From Methanomassiliicoccales archaeon (GTDB lineage Archaea; Thermoplasmatota; Thermoplasmata; Methanomassiliicoccales; UBA472): a stretch of 64,000 nucleotides of DNA. A program made the translations under genes and the position numbers. Shown here piece by piece: positions 29,270-38,811 of this stretch. The stretch lies in the NCBI GenBank assembly GCA_026394395.1, contig JAPKYK010000005.1, positions 65,500-129,499 on the forward strand, read 5' to 3'. The notes under the pieces were generated by a model. It was not told the DNA's origin and did not search any database. It saw nothing but the letters and a program-made list of their open reading frames with translations. Position 1 is the first letter of the stretch, and the number at the start of each line of letters is the position of its first letter.

Positions 29270-30466
29270 ATGCTCGAGCTTGGACCGTTGACGCCCGTGA
29301 TACTTTTTCTCGCCATCTCCGAGATGGCCCTGGGCATCTACGTCTTCGTCAAAGGTCATTTCTCCAAGGTCAACCGTGTGTTCCTCTGGCTGACCATGCT
29401 GGCTGCCATCGGTAGCCTGCTGGACCTTATGGTGGCCAGCCTGACCTCGGAATACTTGGGGGGCTGGGCCCTCCGGCTGCTGGTCTTCCTGCTCATATGC
29501 GAGATGGGGGTGGCCTACCGCCTGAACTCCCTGGTGCCCCATGATACTGGAATGGTCATGTTAAGGCACAATTCCCTGGTCTATCAGTCCGCCGTCCTCA
29601 TCGTGGCCGGGCTTGTCAGCCTGACCGTAGGCGACATCGTCAGGAACGAGTCCGGATGGGAACCAAAGAGCGATGTTCCGTTCGCTTTGCTTGTGATTGT
29701 CCTATCGATATACGTGGCGCTCATGGCCATCTCCCTCCATAAGAAACTACCAAACCTGGTCGGGGAGAAACGGAGGCAGGCCATCCTGTTCACCTTCGCC
29801 CTGTCCTTCCCTGCGGTGGTCGTGGTCCTCATAATCGCTTTGGGAAGATTAGGTGCGACCATCCCGCGCTTCTACGGGTTCGGAGAACTGATCTCCGAGG
29901 TGGTGGTGGCCTATGGCATCCTCCGCTACCATATCCTGATCCCGACCAGGGTCACCGAGCCGGCGTTCTCGCCCTTCCGCCACGTCCCCTCGCTCGACAA
30001 AGGCCGTTCCTACCTGTTCGAGTCCCCCAATCCGGAACGCATGTTCGATTCGGTGGTCTATGAGATGAGCGAAGGGATGTCTGCCCTCATCATCTGCCGT
30101 ACCCATCCAGATCATCTTCGAGCGCAATACCGCCTGACGAAGACGCCGATCATATGGCTGGCGCAGAACCCGGGACCGGACAGGGTCGACCCGAGCAATC
30201 TCCAGCTGCTCTCGCACATGGCATTGGAATACATCAAGAAAGGACCATCGCTAGTGGCCATCGAGGGGCTGGAATATCTGATAGTGAACAACGAGCTGAA
30301 CAAGGTGCTGATGTTCCTGGGCCAGCTGCGGGACAACATCATCGTGGAAGGGTGCATACTCTTGGTGACGGTGGACCCGCGTACTTTGACGGACCGGCAG
30401 CGGGCCATCCTAGAAAGGGAATTAGAGTCAGTAGTTGAAGAAGAAGGGGCCGAGACCGCGATTTGA
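29270..30466 (+). CDS. membrane sensor-like protein with C-terminal DUF835 domain
   Basis: It has ~7 N-terminal TM segments. The cytoplasmic domain ...ALIICRTHPDHLRAQY...IWLAQNPG...LVAIEGLEYLIVNNELNKVLMFLGQLRDNII...ILLVTVDPRTL matches my recollection of DUF835. Confidence 0.7.
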   Translation: MLELGPLTPVILFLAISEMALGIYVFVKGHFSKVNRVFLWLTMLAAIGSLLDLMVASLTSEYLGGWALRLLVFLLICEMGVAYRLNSLVPHDTGMVMLRHNSLVYQSAVLIVAGLVSLTVGDIVRNESGWEPKSDVPFALLVIVLSIYVALMAISLHKKLPNLVGEKRRQAILFTFALSFPAVVVVLIIALGRLGATIPRFYGFGELISEVVVAYGILRYHILIPTRVTEPAFSPFRHVPSLDKGRSYLFESPNPERMFDSVVYEMSEGMSALIICRTHPDHLRAQYRLTKTPIIWLAQNPGPDRVDPSNLQLLSHMALEYIKKGPSLVAIEGLEYLIVNNELNKVLMFLGQLRDNIIVEGCILLVTVDPRTLTDRQRAILERELESVVEEEGAETAI

Positions 30467-30522
30467 ACGCGGGTCTAGGGATCCACAGTCCCACAGGATA
30501 ACCAGGCTACCCCATCCCGGCC
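30448..30522 (-). tRNA. tRNA-His (anticodon GUG), no encoded CCA
   Basis: I folded it by hand. G-1 pairs opposite C73 and the acceptor is GCCGGGA/TCTCGGC. U8 is present, and the D-loop is AGCCTGGTTA. The anticodon loop is CTGTGGA. The T-arm is CCGCG-TTCAAAT-CGCGG. It overlaps the last 19 nt of the DUF835 CDS on the opposite strand. Confidence 0.9.
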
Positions 30523-30568
30523 ATGATGGGAATTCTGCAACGCTTCCGGATTAATAAACATTCCCTCA

Positions 30569-31141
30569 TCATTCAAACGGAAAGACCGAATACAATATGG
30601 CGATCTTTTCCTTGGAATCCTTGGGATTGTTGTCCGAAAGCGCCTTGAGCCGATCGTCCAGCTCATTTATCAACCGCTCCGCCTCCTGGGAAGTGGATTC
30701 GTTAACCGGAAGTATGACGTAATTGGCCCCGAAGGGATAGTTGGGACGGTCGGCCACGTCCTCGAAGTAGCTCTTGCGCTCGTCCATGACCTTGATGCCC
30801 CGGTTGAGGATGCCTTTTATGGCCCCGAGGGCGGCGAAGACGATGTTCAGCCTCTCGGATATGTCCACCCCCTTGATATCGGTCACATCGCTGATGATGC
30901 CCGGTTCGAAGGACGAGCGGTAGTACTTTTCCACCAGGTTGCCCACCAGTTCGGTCCGGGTCGGAACGATCAGCTCAGCCTCCAGCAGCTTCTTGACGTG
31001 GTATTGGGCGTTCTGCACGCTCAATCCCAGCAGGTGGGATATGGCGGTGGTGGTCATTTCACGCATTGCCAGCAGGGAGAGGATGGCCAGACGGTTAGGG
31101 TCTGAGAGCACCTTGATCTGTTCGACACCTATTTCGGTCAT
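30569..31141 (-). CDS. ArsR-family HTH transcriptional regulator with C-terminal extension
   Basis: IKVLSDPNRLAILSLLAMREMTTTAISHLLGLSVQNAQYHVKKLLEAELIV. Confidence 0.7.
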   Translation of the reverse strand: MTEIGVEQIKVLSDPNRLAILSLLAMREMTTTAISHLLGLSVQNAQYHVKKLLEAELIVPTRTELVGNLVEKYYRSSFEPGIISDVTDIKGVDISERLNIVFAALGAIKGILNRGIKVMDERKSYFEDVADRPNYPFGANYVILPVNESTSQEAERLINELDDRLKALSDNNPKDSKEKIAILYSVFPFE

Positions 31142-31259
31142 GTTTCACCACTAAAATCATTTTTTAACGCTTTAGTAGAAAGATAATGATTAAATATTAT
31201 TTCAATCATCGTTCAAATGCGATTATAACGCTAAGAAGTCGTTGATAGAGGTGAGATAA

Positions 31260-31328
31260 ATGCAGAAGAAGAATTTCGTACCGAACTTCGTCATAGTGAA
31301 CGGTAACATCTTTTTCATCCGGGCCTAA
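31260..31328 (+). CDS. tiny ORF (22 aa) MQKKNFVPNFVIVNGNIFFIRA
   Basis: My translation. The SD GAGGTGA lies 5 nt upstream, and a T-rich tract (CCTCCTTTTTTTATTTTTTT) lies 30 nt downstream. It sits 95 nt upstream of the CPBP protease gene. Confidence 0.25.
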   Translation: MQKKNFVPNFVIVNGNIFFIRA

Positions 31329-31422
31329 ACAGCCCGTTCACAATGATCAATCCTCCTTTTTTTATTTTTTTACTTTTGGCTTAGGCGATAGTTCATTAAC
31401 ATCCAGTAATATTTCTGGCCGA

Positions 31423-32223
31423 ATGCGGGAGAAGGTCGGACTGCTAATACCCATTTTCCTTATCACGCTAGCGGAGGCCTTCCTCTTCTCCTCGTACACC
31501 GAGGCCAGTCTCAGCATCCACGCCCTCAACATCTTCCTGTGCATACTCCTGCCGGTATTTTCGGAGAAGCGCATGCTCCTCTACCAGTCCTTCGCCCTAA
31601 TCTCCCTGCTCAGGGTGCTGAACATCGGCATGCCCATATTCTTCGAGTTCACGCTCTACTGGCTTCCTTTCATCTACGGACCCATCATCATAGCCAGCTA
31701 CATAATCTGGAGGCAGACGGTGATGGACGCCAGGGAGCTGCACTGGCGCAACCTAGTGCGCTTCCTCAACGGTCACGGGCTGCGAGAGAAGGTGCAATGG
31801 CGCTGGGAATACATTCTGTTCGCCATAATCTTCGGCTTCCTGATCTCCAACGTCGAATTCCTAGTGCTGAACAACGAGGCGCTGGTCAAGGACCTTGGGT
31901 TCAGGGACCTGTCGCTTCTCCTGTTGGTCATGGTCGTCTTCGTCGGTCTGGGCGAGGAAATGGTCTTCCGCGGTCTATTGCAGAGCGCCATCACCCCGGA
32001 GTACGGACGGGTGGCGGCCATCGTGATCTCCGCCATGCTCTTCGCCATAATGCACTCCGGCTATCACAGCCTTCTTTACATGGGGTTCGTCTTCTTCATC
32101 GGGCTGTCCCTGGGATACTCCTACGACCGCACCGGGAGCGTGGGACTGGTGGCTCTCATGCACGGCATGCTCAACTTCTTCCTCTTCTCCTTCATCCCCT
32201 TCGGCTATAACATCGTGCCATAG
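31423..32223 (+). CDS. CPBP-family intramembrane glutamic endopeptidase (CAAX protease/Abi type)
   Basis: Motif 1 GLGEEMVFRGLL, motif 2 AMLFAIMH and motif 3 ALMHGMLNF. Confidence 0.8.
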   Translation: MREKVGLLIPIFLITLAEAFLFSSYTEASLSIHALNIFLCILLPVFSEKRMLLYQSFALISLLRVLNIGMPIFFEFTLYWLPFIYGPIIIASYIIWRQTVMDARELHWRNLVRFLNGHGLREKVQWRWEYILFAIIFGFLISNVEFLVLNNEALVKDLGFRDLSLLLLVMVVFVGLGEEMVFRGLLQSAITPEYGRVAAIVISAMLFAIMHSGYHSLLYMGFVFFIGLSLGYSYDRTGSVGLVALMHGMLNFFLFSFIPFGYNIVP

Positions 32224-32409
32224 CCCATCAGGTATCCTGTTCTGACCATGGAACGTTTAATAACGCGCCTATCCAAGACCATGCCCGGACAAATCGGACA
32301 GGTTTTGTCAATTTCTCATCATTTCATTTAATAATGCGCGCTTTATCCTACGCATCCTGGCGGCAAAGGCTGTTTTGGCGCCGGAACGGATCTCAGAACG
32401 GTGCGACAA

Positions 32410-33321
32410 ATGAAGCGGGACTTCGTCACGATGCTTGACGTCCAGGACGACATTCTGGACATACTGGAAATGGCCGAGGAGATGAAGAAGGAGAGGGACC
32501 TGGACGTAACCCCTCTCAAGGGCAAGACCCTGGCCATGATATTTGAAAAGTCCTCCACCCGCACTAGGGTATCGTTCGAGGTGGGGATGCTAGAGCTGGG
32601 AGGGTTCGCCGTCACCCTGTCCTCCAAGGACATGCAGATGGGCCGGGGGGAGACCGTGGCGGACACCGCCCGCGTGCTCTCCCGCTACGTCGACGGCATC
32701 ATGTATCGCGCCTATGAGCACTCCATGGTCCTGGAGCTGGCCAAGTCCGCCTCGGTGCCGGTGATAAACGGCCTCGACAACTTCGAGCACCCCTGTCAGA
32801 TAATGGCCGACCTGCTCACGGTCAAGGAGCACATCGGCCGCCTGAAAGGGGTCAAGATGGCCTATGTGGGCGACGGCAACAATGTCTGCAACTCCCTCAT
32901 GCTGGGATGCGCCATGGTGGGGATGGACCTGACCTGCGGCTGCCCCAAAGGGTACGAGCCCGACGTCGGCGTAACCAAAAAGGCCAAGGAGATCGCCAAG
33001 AAGAATGGCTGCAAGCTCAGGATCGTGGAATCGGCCCTGGAGGCGGCCAAGGGCGCCAACGTGGTCTACACCGACGTCTGGGTCTCCATGGGGGAGGAGG
33101 ATGAGGCCAAAGAACGCCTCAAGATATTCAAGCCCTACCAGGTCAACGACGCGCTCTTATCCGTGACGGCCAAGGACGCCATCGTGATGCACTGCCTGCC
33201 GGCGCACCGGGGCATGGAGATAACCGCAGAGGTGTTCGACAGCGAGCGCGCGGTGGTGTTCGACCAGGCGGAGAACCGCCTGCACGCCCAGAAGGCCATC
33301 ATGGTCTATTTGATGGGTTGA
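32410..33321 (+). CDS. argF: ornithine carbamoyltransferase
   Basis: STRTRVSFE, HPCQIMADLLT, DGNNVCNS and HCLPAHRGMEIT. I prefer the ATG at 32410 over the GTG at 32401. Confidence 0.9.
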   Translation: MKRDFVTMLDVQDDILDILEMAEEMKKERDLDVTPLKGKTLAMIFEKSSTRTRVSFEVGMLELGGFAVTLSSKDMQMGRGETVADTARVLSRYVDGIMYRAYEHSMVLELAKSASVPVINGLDNFEHPCQIMADLLTVKEHIGRLKGVKMAYVGDGNNVCNSLMLGCAMVGMDLTCGCPKGYEPDVGVTKKAKEIAKKNGCKLRIVESALEAAKGANVVYTDVWVSMGEEDEAKERLKIFKPYQVNDALLSVTAKDAIVMHCLPAHRGMEITAEVFDSERAVVFDQAENRLHAQKAIMVYLMG

Positions 33322-34867
33322 GGCGGGAGAGCTGCGCTCCGACCTCCTCGTCCAGGGCGGCGAGGAACTTCTTTATCTGTTTCTTGGGGATGTTGGCCCC
33401 GGCGGCCACGTCATGGCCGCCGCCGTCACCGTGGGCGCGCAGGGCGGCCTGGTTCACCGCCTTTCCCAGGTTGATGCCCTTCTTGGTCAGCTCGCGGTTC
33501 ATCCTGGTGGACACTTTGACCACCGGGTCCTTTCCCGACTCGGCCGATTCCTCCACCTCCGTCAGGGCCACCAGCGGCTTTTCCGGGTCCACGCTGAGGT
33601 CTATATCCCCCTTCTTCTGGTCCAGGACCATGCCGGTGATTATGCCCAGGATGGTGTCACTGACCTTCAGGCAATAGCTGTTCTTCCGGTTGGGCAGGAG
33701 GTATTGGATGTTGACCATCTGCTCGACCTTGTGCACCTCCTTCACCCCCTCCCGTATATTCACCTTGTGGCTGTCCACGTTGGCCAGGGCCGACTCGGAG
33801 TACACCTTGGGGTTGAGGCAGACGTTGATGATGAGGTCCCCCCGCTCCTCGTCCCCCTGCCCGTCCAGGGTCAGGATGTAGCGTCCGGAGGCGTTCAACA
33901 GCGTGGCGAACTCTTTGGCCTCCCGGGTGGGCGAGAGGGCGGGATGTTCCACGAACAGGTAGGTCTCCCCCAACATCTTGTCCAGGGCCTGTTGGTCCAA
34001 GCCCTTCTCCGCCAGGCGGTCCCTCAGGGTGGCCTTCATGATGTTCCGTTCGGGCTGGTCGAGCTCGGACCAGCTGCGCCAGATGGCCCGGGGGTCCCCC
34101 TCGCGTCTGGTCGGGGACGCCCCGGTCCTTTTGAGGGGAACTCCGGCCCGATAGAACAGGGAGGAGACCTCCTTGATGCTGTCATCGTAGCCGATGGCCT
34201 TCAGATCATTGGAGAAGGCCAGCATGGCCGCGGCCGAACGGGTCACCCAGCCGAAGAAGGGCAGGTCGTCGGTGACCACCTGGAGCGTCCCTGTCGACTT
34301 GGCATCGTCGATCACCATGGAATGCAGCGGCCCGGCCAGCTTCCGGGAGCTGCGGTCCTGCATGTCCCCCACCGCCCCCACGATGGCCAGATAGGCCAGG
34401 TCCTGGTTCTGGCGGTCCAGCTCCCGGGCCACGAAGTAGGTGTTCCCCGCGCCGCTAAGATGGGTGGCTCCGTTCATGCCGAAGAGCAGGGGATTGAGCA
34501 TGTGATCCATGTCCCCGAACAGGTCCAAGCGCGACTGCCCTCCGCTGATTATTTGGTGATGGTCGGTGATGACGCATCGGAGCCCGCGCATGCGTTCGCA
34601 CGATCCGCCGCCCAGGTCGCAGAGCCAGATGACCTCTTCGGGTATCTTCGATATGGCCGTCTTCTCCTCTTCGCCGAGGGACTTGACGAATTGTAACCGG
34701 TGAGGGACCTTCAGCCGGTCCAGGGCGCGCTTGGCTATGGCCGCGGATGATATTCCGTCGGCATCGATGTGCGAGACGATGGCCACGGATCCCGCCGTCC
34801 TGATGGTCTCGGCCAGGTGCTTGGCCCGGTCCAAGAATCCCGGGACGTCCTCGCTCACTCCGGGCAC
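33299..34867 (-). CDS. DHH-family phosphoesterase, archaeal RecJ/GAN-like nuclease
   Basis: VAIVSHIDADGISSAAIA, VITDHH, and the C-terminal DHHA1-like GGGHDVAAGANI. Confidence 0.75.
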   Translation of the reverse strand: MPGVSEDVPGFLDRAKHLAETIRTAGSVAIVSHIDADGISSAAIAKRALDRLKVPHRLQFVKSLGEEEKTAISKIPEEVIWLCDLGGGSCERMRGLRCVITDHHQIISGGQSRLDLFGDMDHMLNPLLFGMNGATHLSGAGNTYFVARELDRQNQDLAYLAIVGAVGDMQDRSSRKLAGPLHSMVIDDAKSTGTLQVVTDDLPFFGWVTRSAAAMLAFSNDLKAIGYDDSIKEVSSLFYRAGVPLKRTGASPTRREGDPRAIWRSWSELDQPERNIMKATLRDRLAEKGLDQQALDKMLGETYLFVEHPALSPTREAKEFATLLNASGRYILTLDGQGDEERGDLIINVCLNPKVYSESALANVDSHKVNIREGVKEVHKVEQMVNIQYLLPNRKNSYCLKVSDTILGIITGMVLDQKKGDIDLSVDPEKPLVALTEVEESAESGKDPVVKVSTRMNRELTKKGINLGKAVNQAALRAHGDGGGHDVAAGANIPKKQIKKFLAALDEEVGAQLSRLNPSNRP

Positions 34868-35622
34868 CCCCGCAATAGTACGTCCGCCAAGCGGGCATAG
34901 ACCTCGTCGGCCAATAGCTCTAAGTTCCTGGTGTCCTCCTGGTTGTAGCGGCGCAGCAGTTTCAGGGCGTTCTCGCTACCCTTGCGCTCCCACAGGTGCC
35001 AAAGGTAAACAGCCTCCTCGCCGGTGACGTATGCTACCTCCTGGGGGCGACGATAACCGAGAAGCAGCTCCACCTGCTTCAGCCCCCCGTGCAGCCCCAC
35101 CTTGGGGCAGGCGTGCCGCAGGTCGTAATGGGGCACCTTGGGCACGGTGAAGGGGAACTCCCGCTCTATCATGGGCAGGTCAAAGCTGCTTCCGTTGAAG
35201 GTGACCAGCATCTTGCTGCCTTCCAGCGACCGCCTCAGGTTCTCCGAGCTCAGGTCCTGACTGCGGGTCAGGGTGACCGTGTGGCCTTGGCGATGGACCG
35301 AGACCATGGTGATGACCGCCCCGGGGCCCAGCCCGTCGGTCTCGATGTCCAGGTAGGCGGTATCGTCCCTCAGGCGCCGGTACATGCGCCAGTGCTGCCC
35401 GCTGGGCAGCATGCGGCTGAAGAACTCCGTCCGCCCGCGCTCCCAGCTCTCCATGGCCGTCTCCAGCTCGGCGTCCATGATAGCTTTCCGGCTAGATGAT
35501 ATGCCGTCCAGGCGGTCCCGTTCGGTGAACTCCTCCCATGACAGCACCCCGCGCTCCCAAAGCCTCCGCTCCTTGATCTGACCGATGCCTGGAAGAAGGA
35601 GGAAGGTGCGCCTGATCATCAC
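34855..35622 (-). CDS. RNase H-fold (YprB-like, DEDD-type) exonuclease-domain protein
   Basis: AYLDIETDGLGPGAVITMVSV, LVTFNGSSFDLPMIE and a C-terminal YNQEDTRNL. It overlaps the RecJ-like gene by 13 nt. Confidence 0.6.
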   Translation of the reverse strand: MMIRRTFLLLPGIGQIKERRLWERGVLSWEEFTERDRLDGISSSRKAIMDAELETAMESWERGRTEFFSRMLPSGQHWRMYRRLRDDTAYLDIETDGLGPGAVITMVSVHRQGHTVTLTRSQDLSSENLRRSLEGSKMLVTFNGSSFDLPMIEREFPFTVPKVPHYDLRHACPKVGLHGGLKQVELLLGYRRPQEVAYVTGEEAVYLWHLWERKGSENALKLLRRYNQEDTRNLELLADEVYARLADVLLRGCPE

Positions 35623-35714
35623 CCGTTCAGCGGACCATCCATATTATATTTTTTCGCCTCATTTGCTGAAAGTGGAGGTGGGTTGATATTCCCCCTCGGC
35701 CTTAGGCCTGATGC

Positions 35715-36443
35715 ATGCGCCATGTCGAAATCGCCCCTGGCCTGACAATCTGCAACGAGCGTTGCGCCATATTGACGCCATCGCAGACCTTGGTGATAGG
35801 CGACCTCCACCTGGGAATAGAGGCCAGCCTGGAGATGGAAGGGCTGCAGCTTCCCCGGGCGCAGAGCCTCACCATGAAGCGGGCGATATCCTCCGCAGTG
35901 CAGGCCTATGGTCCCAAGCATATAGTGGTCCTTGGTGACCTGAAACACGAGTTCTCGCGCAACCTGGACCAGGAATGGCAGGAGGTGCGGGGCATGCTGG
36001 AGCACCTTCTCTCGCTGGCCGAGGTGACGGTGGTCCGGGGCAACCATGACAACTACCTGGCCAACATCACCTCGCGCCTGGGATTGGACCTGGTAGAGCA
36101 GCTTGAAGTGGACGGCTACCATCTGTCCCACGGTCATCAGACCGATGAGGGAAGACCGTTGATTCAGGGACACGAGCACCCTTCGGTCCGGCTTTTCGAT
36201 GGCGTGGGAGGCTACTTGAAATTGCCAGCCTTCCTTCATTTTCCACAGGAGCGTATACTGATACTGCCCGCTTACAGCCCACTATCTGCCGGGAACGACG
36301 TGAACAACATGACCTCGGACAGCATGCTCTCCCCCGGCCTTCGGGGCGTCAGATTGGACGAGACCGAGGTCTACGGATGCAGCGACATCGGCCTGTTACG
36401 AACCGGTAGGACCACGGACCTTCGCCGGGAGCGATACGCTTGA
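35715..36443 (+). CDS. calcineurin-like metallophosphoesterase (PdeM/MJ0037-like)
   Basis: LVIGDLHLG, VVLGDLKHEF, VRGNHDN and LSHGH. Confidence 0.75.
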   Translation: MRHVEIAPGLTICNERCAILTPSQTLVIGDLHLGIEASLEMEGLQLPRAQSLTMKRAISSAVQAYGPKHIVVLGDLKHEFSRNLDQEWQEVRGMLEHLLSLAEVTVVRGNHDNYLANITSRLGLDLVEQLEVDGYHLSHGHQTDEGRPLIQGHEHPSVRLFDGVGGYLKLPAFLHFPQERILILPAYSPLSAGNDVNNMTSDSMLSPGLRGVRLDETEVYGCSDIGLLRTGRTTDLRRERYA

Positions 36444-36488
36444 GGATAATTTCATTAGACCAATGTGGGATGTTGAGGGGGCACGAAC

Positions 36489-37433
36489 ATGAAAGCAGGG
36501 AGCATAAAGGGCAATCGGGTGCTGGTCACTGGCGGGGCGGGGTTCATCGGTTCACATATCGCCGAGGCTCTCTCCAAAGAGAACGAGGTCCTAGTGCTGG
36601 ACGACCTTTCTGCTGGGAACCGTGACAACCTGAAGGGGATCAAGGCCGAACTGCTGGTGGGCAGCATAAGGGACGCCGACCTGGTGAAGAATGCCATGGA
36701 GGGGGTCGATTACGTCTTCCATCACGCGGCCATCGCCTCCGTCCCCCGGAGCGTCGACGACCCTATCGCCAGCAATCAGGTGAACGTCTGCGGCACGCTG
36801 CGCGTGCTCACCGAGGCACGACAGGCCAAGGTGCGCAAGGTGGTCTTCGCCTCCTCCTCCGCCGTTTACGGTAACGCGACCACGGAGATCAAGCGGGAAT
36901 CCGACAATCCCGATCCCATATCCCCCTATGCGGTCACCAAGCTGACCGGGGAAGGCTATTGCCGGAACTTCTGGCTGAACTACGGACTGGCGACCTGCAG
37001 CCTGAGATACTTCAACGTGTACGGCCCCCGCCAGGACCCTTCTTCGGAGTACGCCGCGGTGGTACCAAAGTTCATCCAGGCGGTGAAGGGCGGCGAGAAG
37101 CTGCGGATATTCGGGGATGGGGGGCAGACCCGGGACTTCGTCTACGTCGCCGACGTGGTGCAGGCCAATATTTTGGCCGCTTTGGACCAGAGGCACGACG
37201 GGGAGGTCTTCAACGTGGGGCGCCAGGAGGGCGTGACGGTTAACGACCTGTCCGCCATGGTCCTCGGCAACTTCGGTATGGGTATCGAGGGCCACGTGGA
37301 GCACCTGCCGGTGAGGAAAGGGGACGTCAGGAGCTCGCTGGCGGACATTAGCAAGGCCAAGAGGGAACTAGGTTACCGTCCGCAGTACAGCATGGCCGAA
37401 GGGATATCGCTGACCGCACGAAGCATGAACTGA
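36489..37433 (+). CDS. NAD-dependent nucleotide-sugar epimerase/dehydratase (SDR, GalE/WbpP-like)
   Basis: VLVTGGAGFIGSH, the YAVTK catalytic motif and RYFNVYGPRQ. Confidence 0.85.
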   Translation: MKAGSIKGNRVLVTGGAGFIGSHIAEALSKENEVLVLDDLSAGNRDNLKGIKAELLVGSIRDADLVKNAMEGVDYVFHHAAIASVPRSVDDPIASNQVNVCGTLRVLTEARQAKVRKVVFASSSAVYGNATTEIKRESDNPDPISPYAVTKLTGEGYCRNFWLNYGLATCSLRYFNVYGPRQDPSSEYAAVVPKFIQAVKGGEKLRIFGDGGQTRDFVYVADVVQANILAALDQRHDGEVFNVGRQEGVTVNDLSAMVLGNFGMGIEGHVEHLPVRKGDVRSSLADISKAKRELGYRPQYSMAEGISLTARSMN

Positions 37434-37616
37434 TACAGGTTCGGTCCATCCAACACATAGCACGTAAATGTCCATCCGCCGTCGCTCCGGATCTGACCGG
37501 AAGGGGAAGCTTAATTACTTTTCAGGCCAATATATCTTTTTAGAGGGTTATTTTGGTTGAATGCATCGTCTGCGGATGTATTTTGAAGAAGAACCAGGAC
37601 AAATGCCCCGTTTGCG

Positions 37617-38732
37617 GTGCCTCTCAGTCGGAAGATGACGATTATTGATCCTATGGAAGCAACCAACGTCGTCCGTCTGGCGAGATGGAGCAGTTATGAC
37701 GTTGCACACCTCGAATGCCACCTTTGCCCACATCACTGTTGCTTGAAGGAGGGAGAGATCGGTATTTGCCGCACCCGGGGCGTGCTGAACGGGCGGATGA
37801 CGCTCTTCAATTACGGAAGGGTATGCGTCCAGGCGGTGGACCAGATAGAGAAGAAGCCCATCTACCATTATCGCCCGGGTTCCAAGCTGCTGTCGGTGGG
37901 CACCTTCGGCTGCAACCTCGATTGCGACTGCTGCCAGAACGCCGCTCTGGCCTCGTCCGGAGCCGCAGACGTCGAATGCCCTGAGGTATCCGCGGATGCG
38001 CTGGTCGGCACCGCCCTGGAAAAAGGGGCGCAGGGGATCGCCTTCACCTTCAACGAGCCCCTGGTCTGGTCCGAGTTCGTTATTGACGTTGCGAAATTGT
38101 CGAGAGGGGCCGGGCTGTTCACCATGATGAACAGCAATGGGTTCGTGGAAAGCGAACCGCTGGCCGAACTGGCATCTGCTGTGGACGTCTTCAAGGTCGA
38201 CGTCAAGGGGTTCAGCGAGGGGTTCTACCGACGGCATTGTGGCGGATCGCTGTCCCCGGTGCTGAAGAGCTGTGAGATGATACAAAGGAACGGGAACCAT
38301 CTCGAGATAGCCTATCTGATCATCCCCGGACTGAACGACAGAAAAACGGAGCTGACCGGGTTCTTCGATTGGGCCAGGAACGTCCTGGGGCGCCGGGTGC
38401 CGGTGCACCTATATCGTTTCATGCCCGCGCATCGATTGTCCCATCTGCCTCCGACGGACATGTCGGTCATGAGGTCGGCCAAGGAAATGGCCGAAAGGGC
38501 CGGGCTCGATTTCGTCTATCTTAGTGGGATGGTAGAAGGCGATGAGCACCGGACCCTGTGCCCGAGATGCGGTCACTTGGTGATCGACCGGGCGGCCAAG
38601 GCCGAATCGGAAAAGGTCGTGTGTGACCATGGGCGGGTCAGCAAGTTCTGTCCATCATATTCCGAGATAATCGACCGAACAAAAAGAGGGGCGTGCCCCG
38701 AGTGCGGGGAAATTATTTACCGGACGGAATGA
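37617..38732 (+). CDS. radical SAM enzyme, AmmeMemoRadiSam/PflA-like
   Basis: An N-terminal Cys cluster CHLCPHHCCLKEGEIGIC, the radical-SAM CNLDCDCCQN (Cx3Cx2C), and C-terminal zinc ribbons CPRCG...CPECG. The start may be 37635 or 37653. Confidence 0.8.
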   Translation: MPLSRKMTIIDPMEATNVVRLARWSSYDVAHLECHLCPHHCCLKEGEIGICRTRGVLNGRMTLFNYGRVCVQAVDQIEKKPIYHYRPGSKLLSVGTFGCNLDCDCCQNAALASSGAADVECPEVSADALVGTALEKGAQGIAFTFNEPLVWSEFVIDVAKLSRGAGLFTMMNSNGFVESEPLAELASAVDVFKVDVKGFSEGFYRRHCGGSLSPVLKSCEMIQRNGNHLEIAYLIIPGLNDRKTELTGFFDWARNVLGRRVPVHLYRFMPAHRLSHLPPTDMSVMRSAKEMAERAGLDFVYLSGMVEGDEHRTLCPRCGHLVIDRAAKAESEKVVCDHGRVSKFCPSYSEIIDRTKRGACPECGEIIYRTE

Positions 38733-38780
38733 ATAAAAGCAAAATAAACGGCCTTAACGATAGTGCATGGCCTCCCCCAT

Positions 38781-38797
38781 ATGGATATATAATCCAT
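38781..38797. promoter_or_regulatory. palindromic operator-like site 1: ATGGAT-ATATA-ATCCAT
   Basis: Read directly. The inverted repeat has perfect 6-bp arms and a 5-nt spacer. Its centre at 38789 is 31 bp from the centre of site 2. Confidence 0.6.
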
Positions 38798-38811
38798 CCA
38801 ATGAAACCGGT

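Noticed and set aside
29143-29337. N-terminal extensions offered by the ORF track for rtcB (to 29337), the mtrA-like gene (to 53956), the corrinoid protein (from 38854), the SAM-MTase (from 56011) and the VOC protein (to 5974).
   Set aside because: The family-typical N-termini start at internal ATGs that have SD-like sequences. The extensions overlap neighbouring genes or promoters and have atypical composition.
37553-37648. 31-aa zinc-ribbon ORF (TTG start; VECIVCGCILKKNQDKCPVCGASQSEDDDY) just upstream of, or overlapping, the radical SAM gene.
   Set aside because: It needs a TTG start with no clear SD, and it overlaps the first possible start codons of the radical SAM gene. The CxxC...CxxC pattern is suggestive, but the ORF is too short to support without conservation data.
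38749-38760. An exact 12-mer CGGCCTTAACGA is shared between the corrinoid-gene upstream region and the COG0523/ramA intergenic region (49579-49590).
   Set aside because: A rough estimate gives on the order of one chance 12-mer match among the ~5 kb of intergenic DNA alone. There is no third copy and no symmetry. It is worth including in a motif scan but is not evidence by itself.
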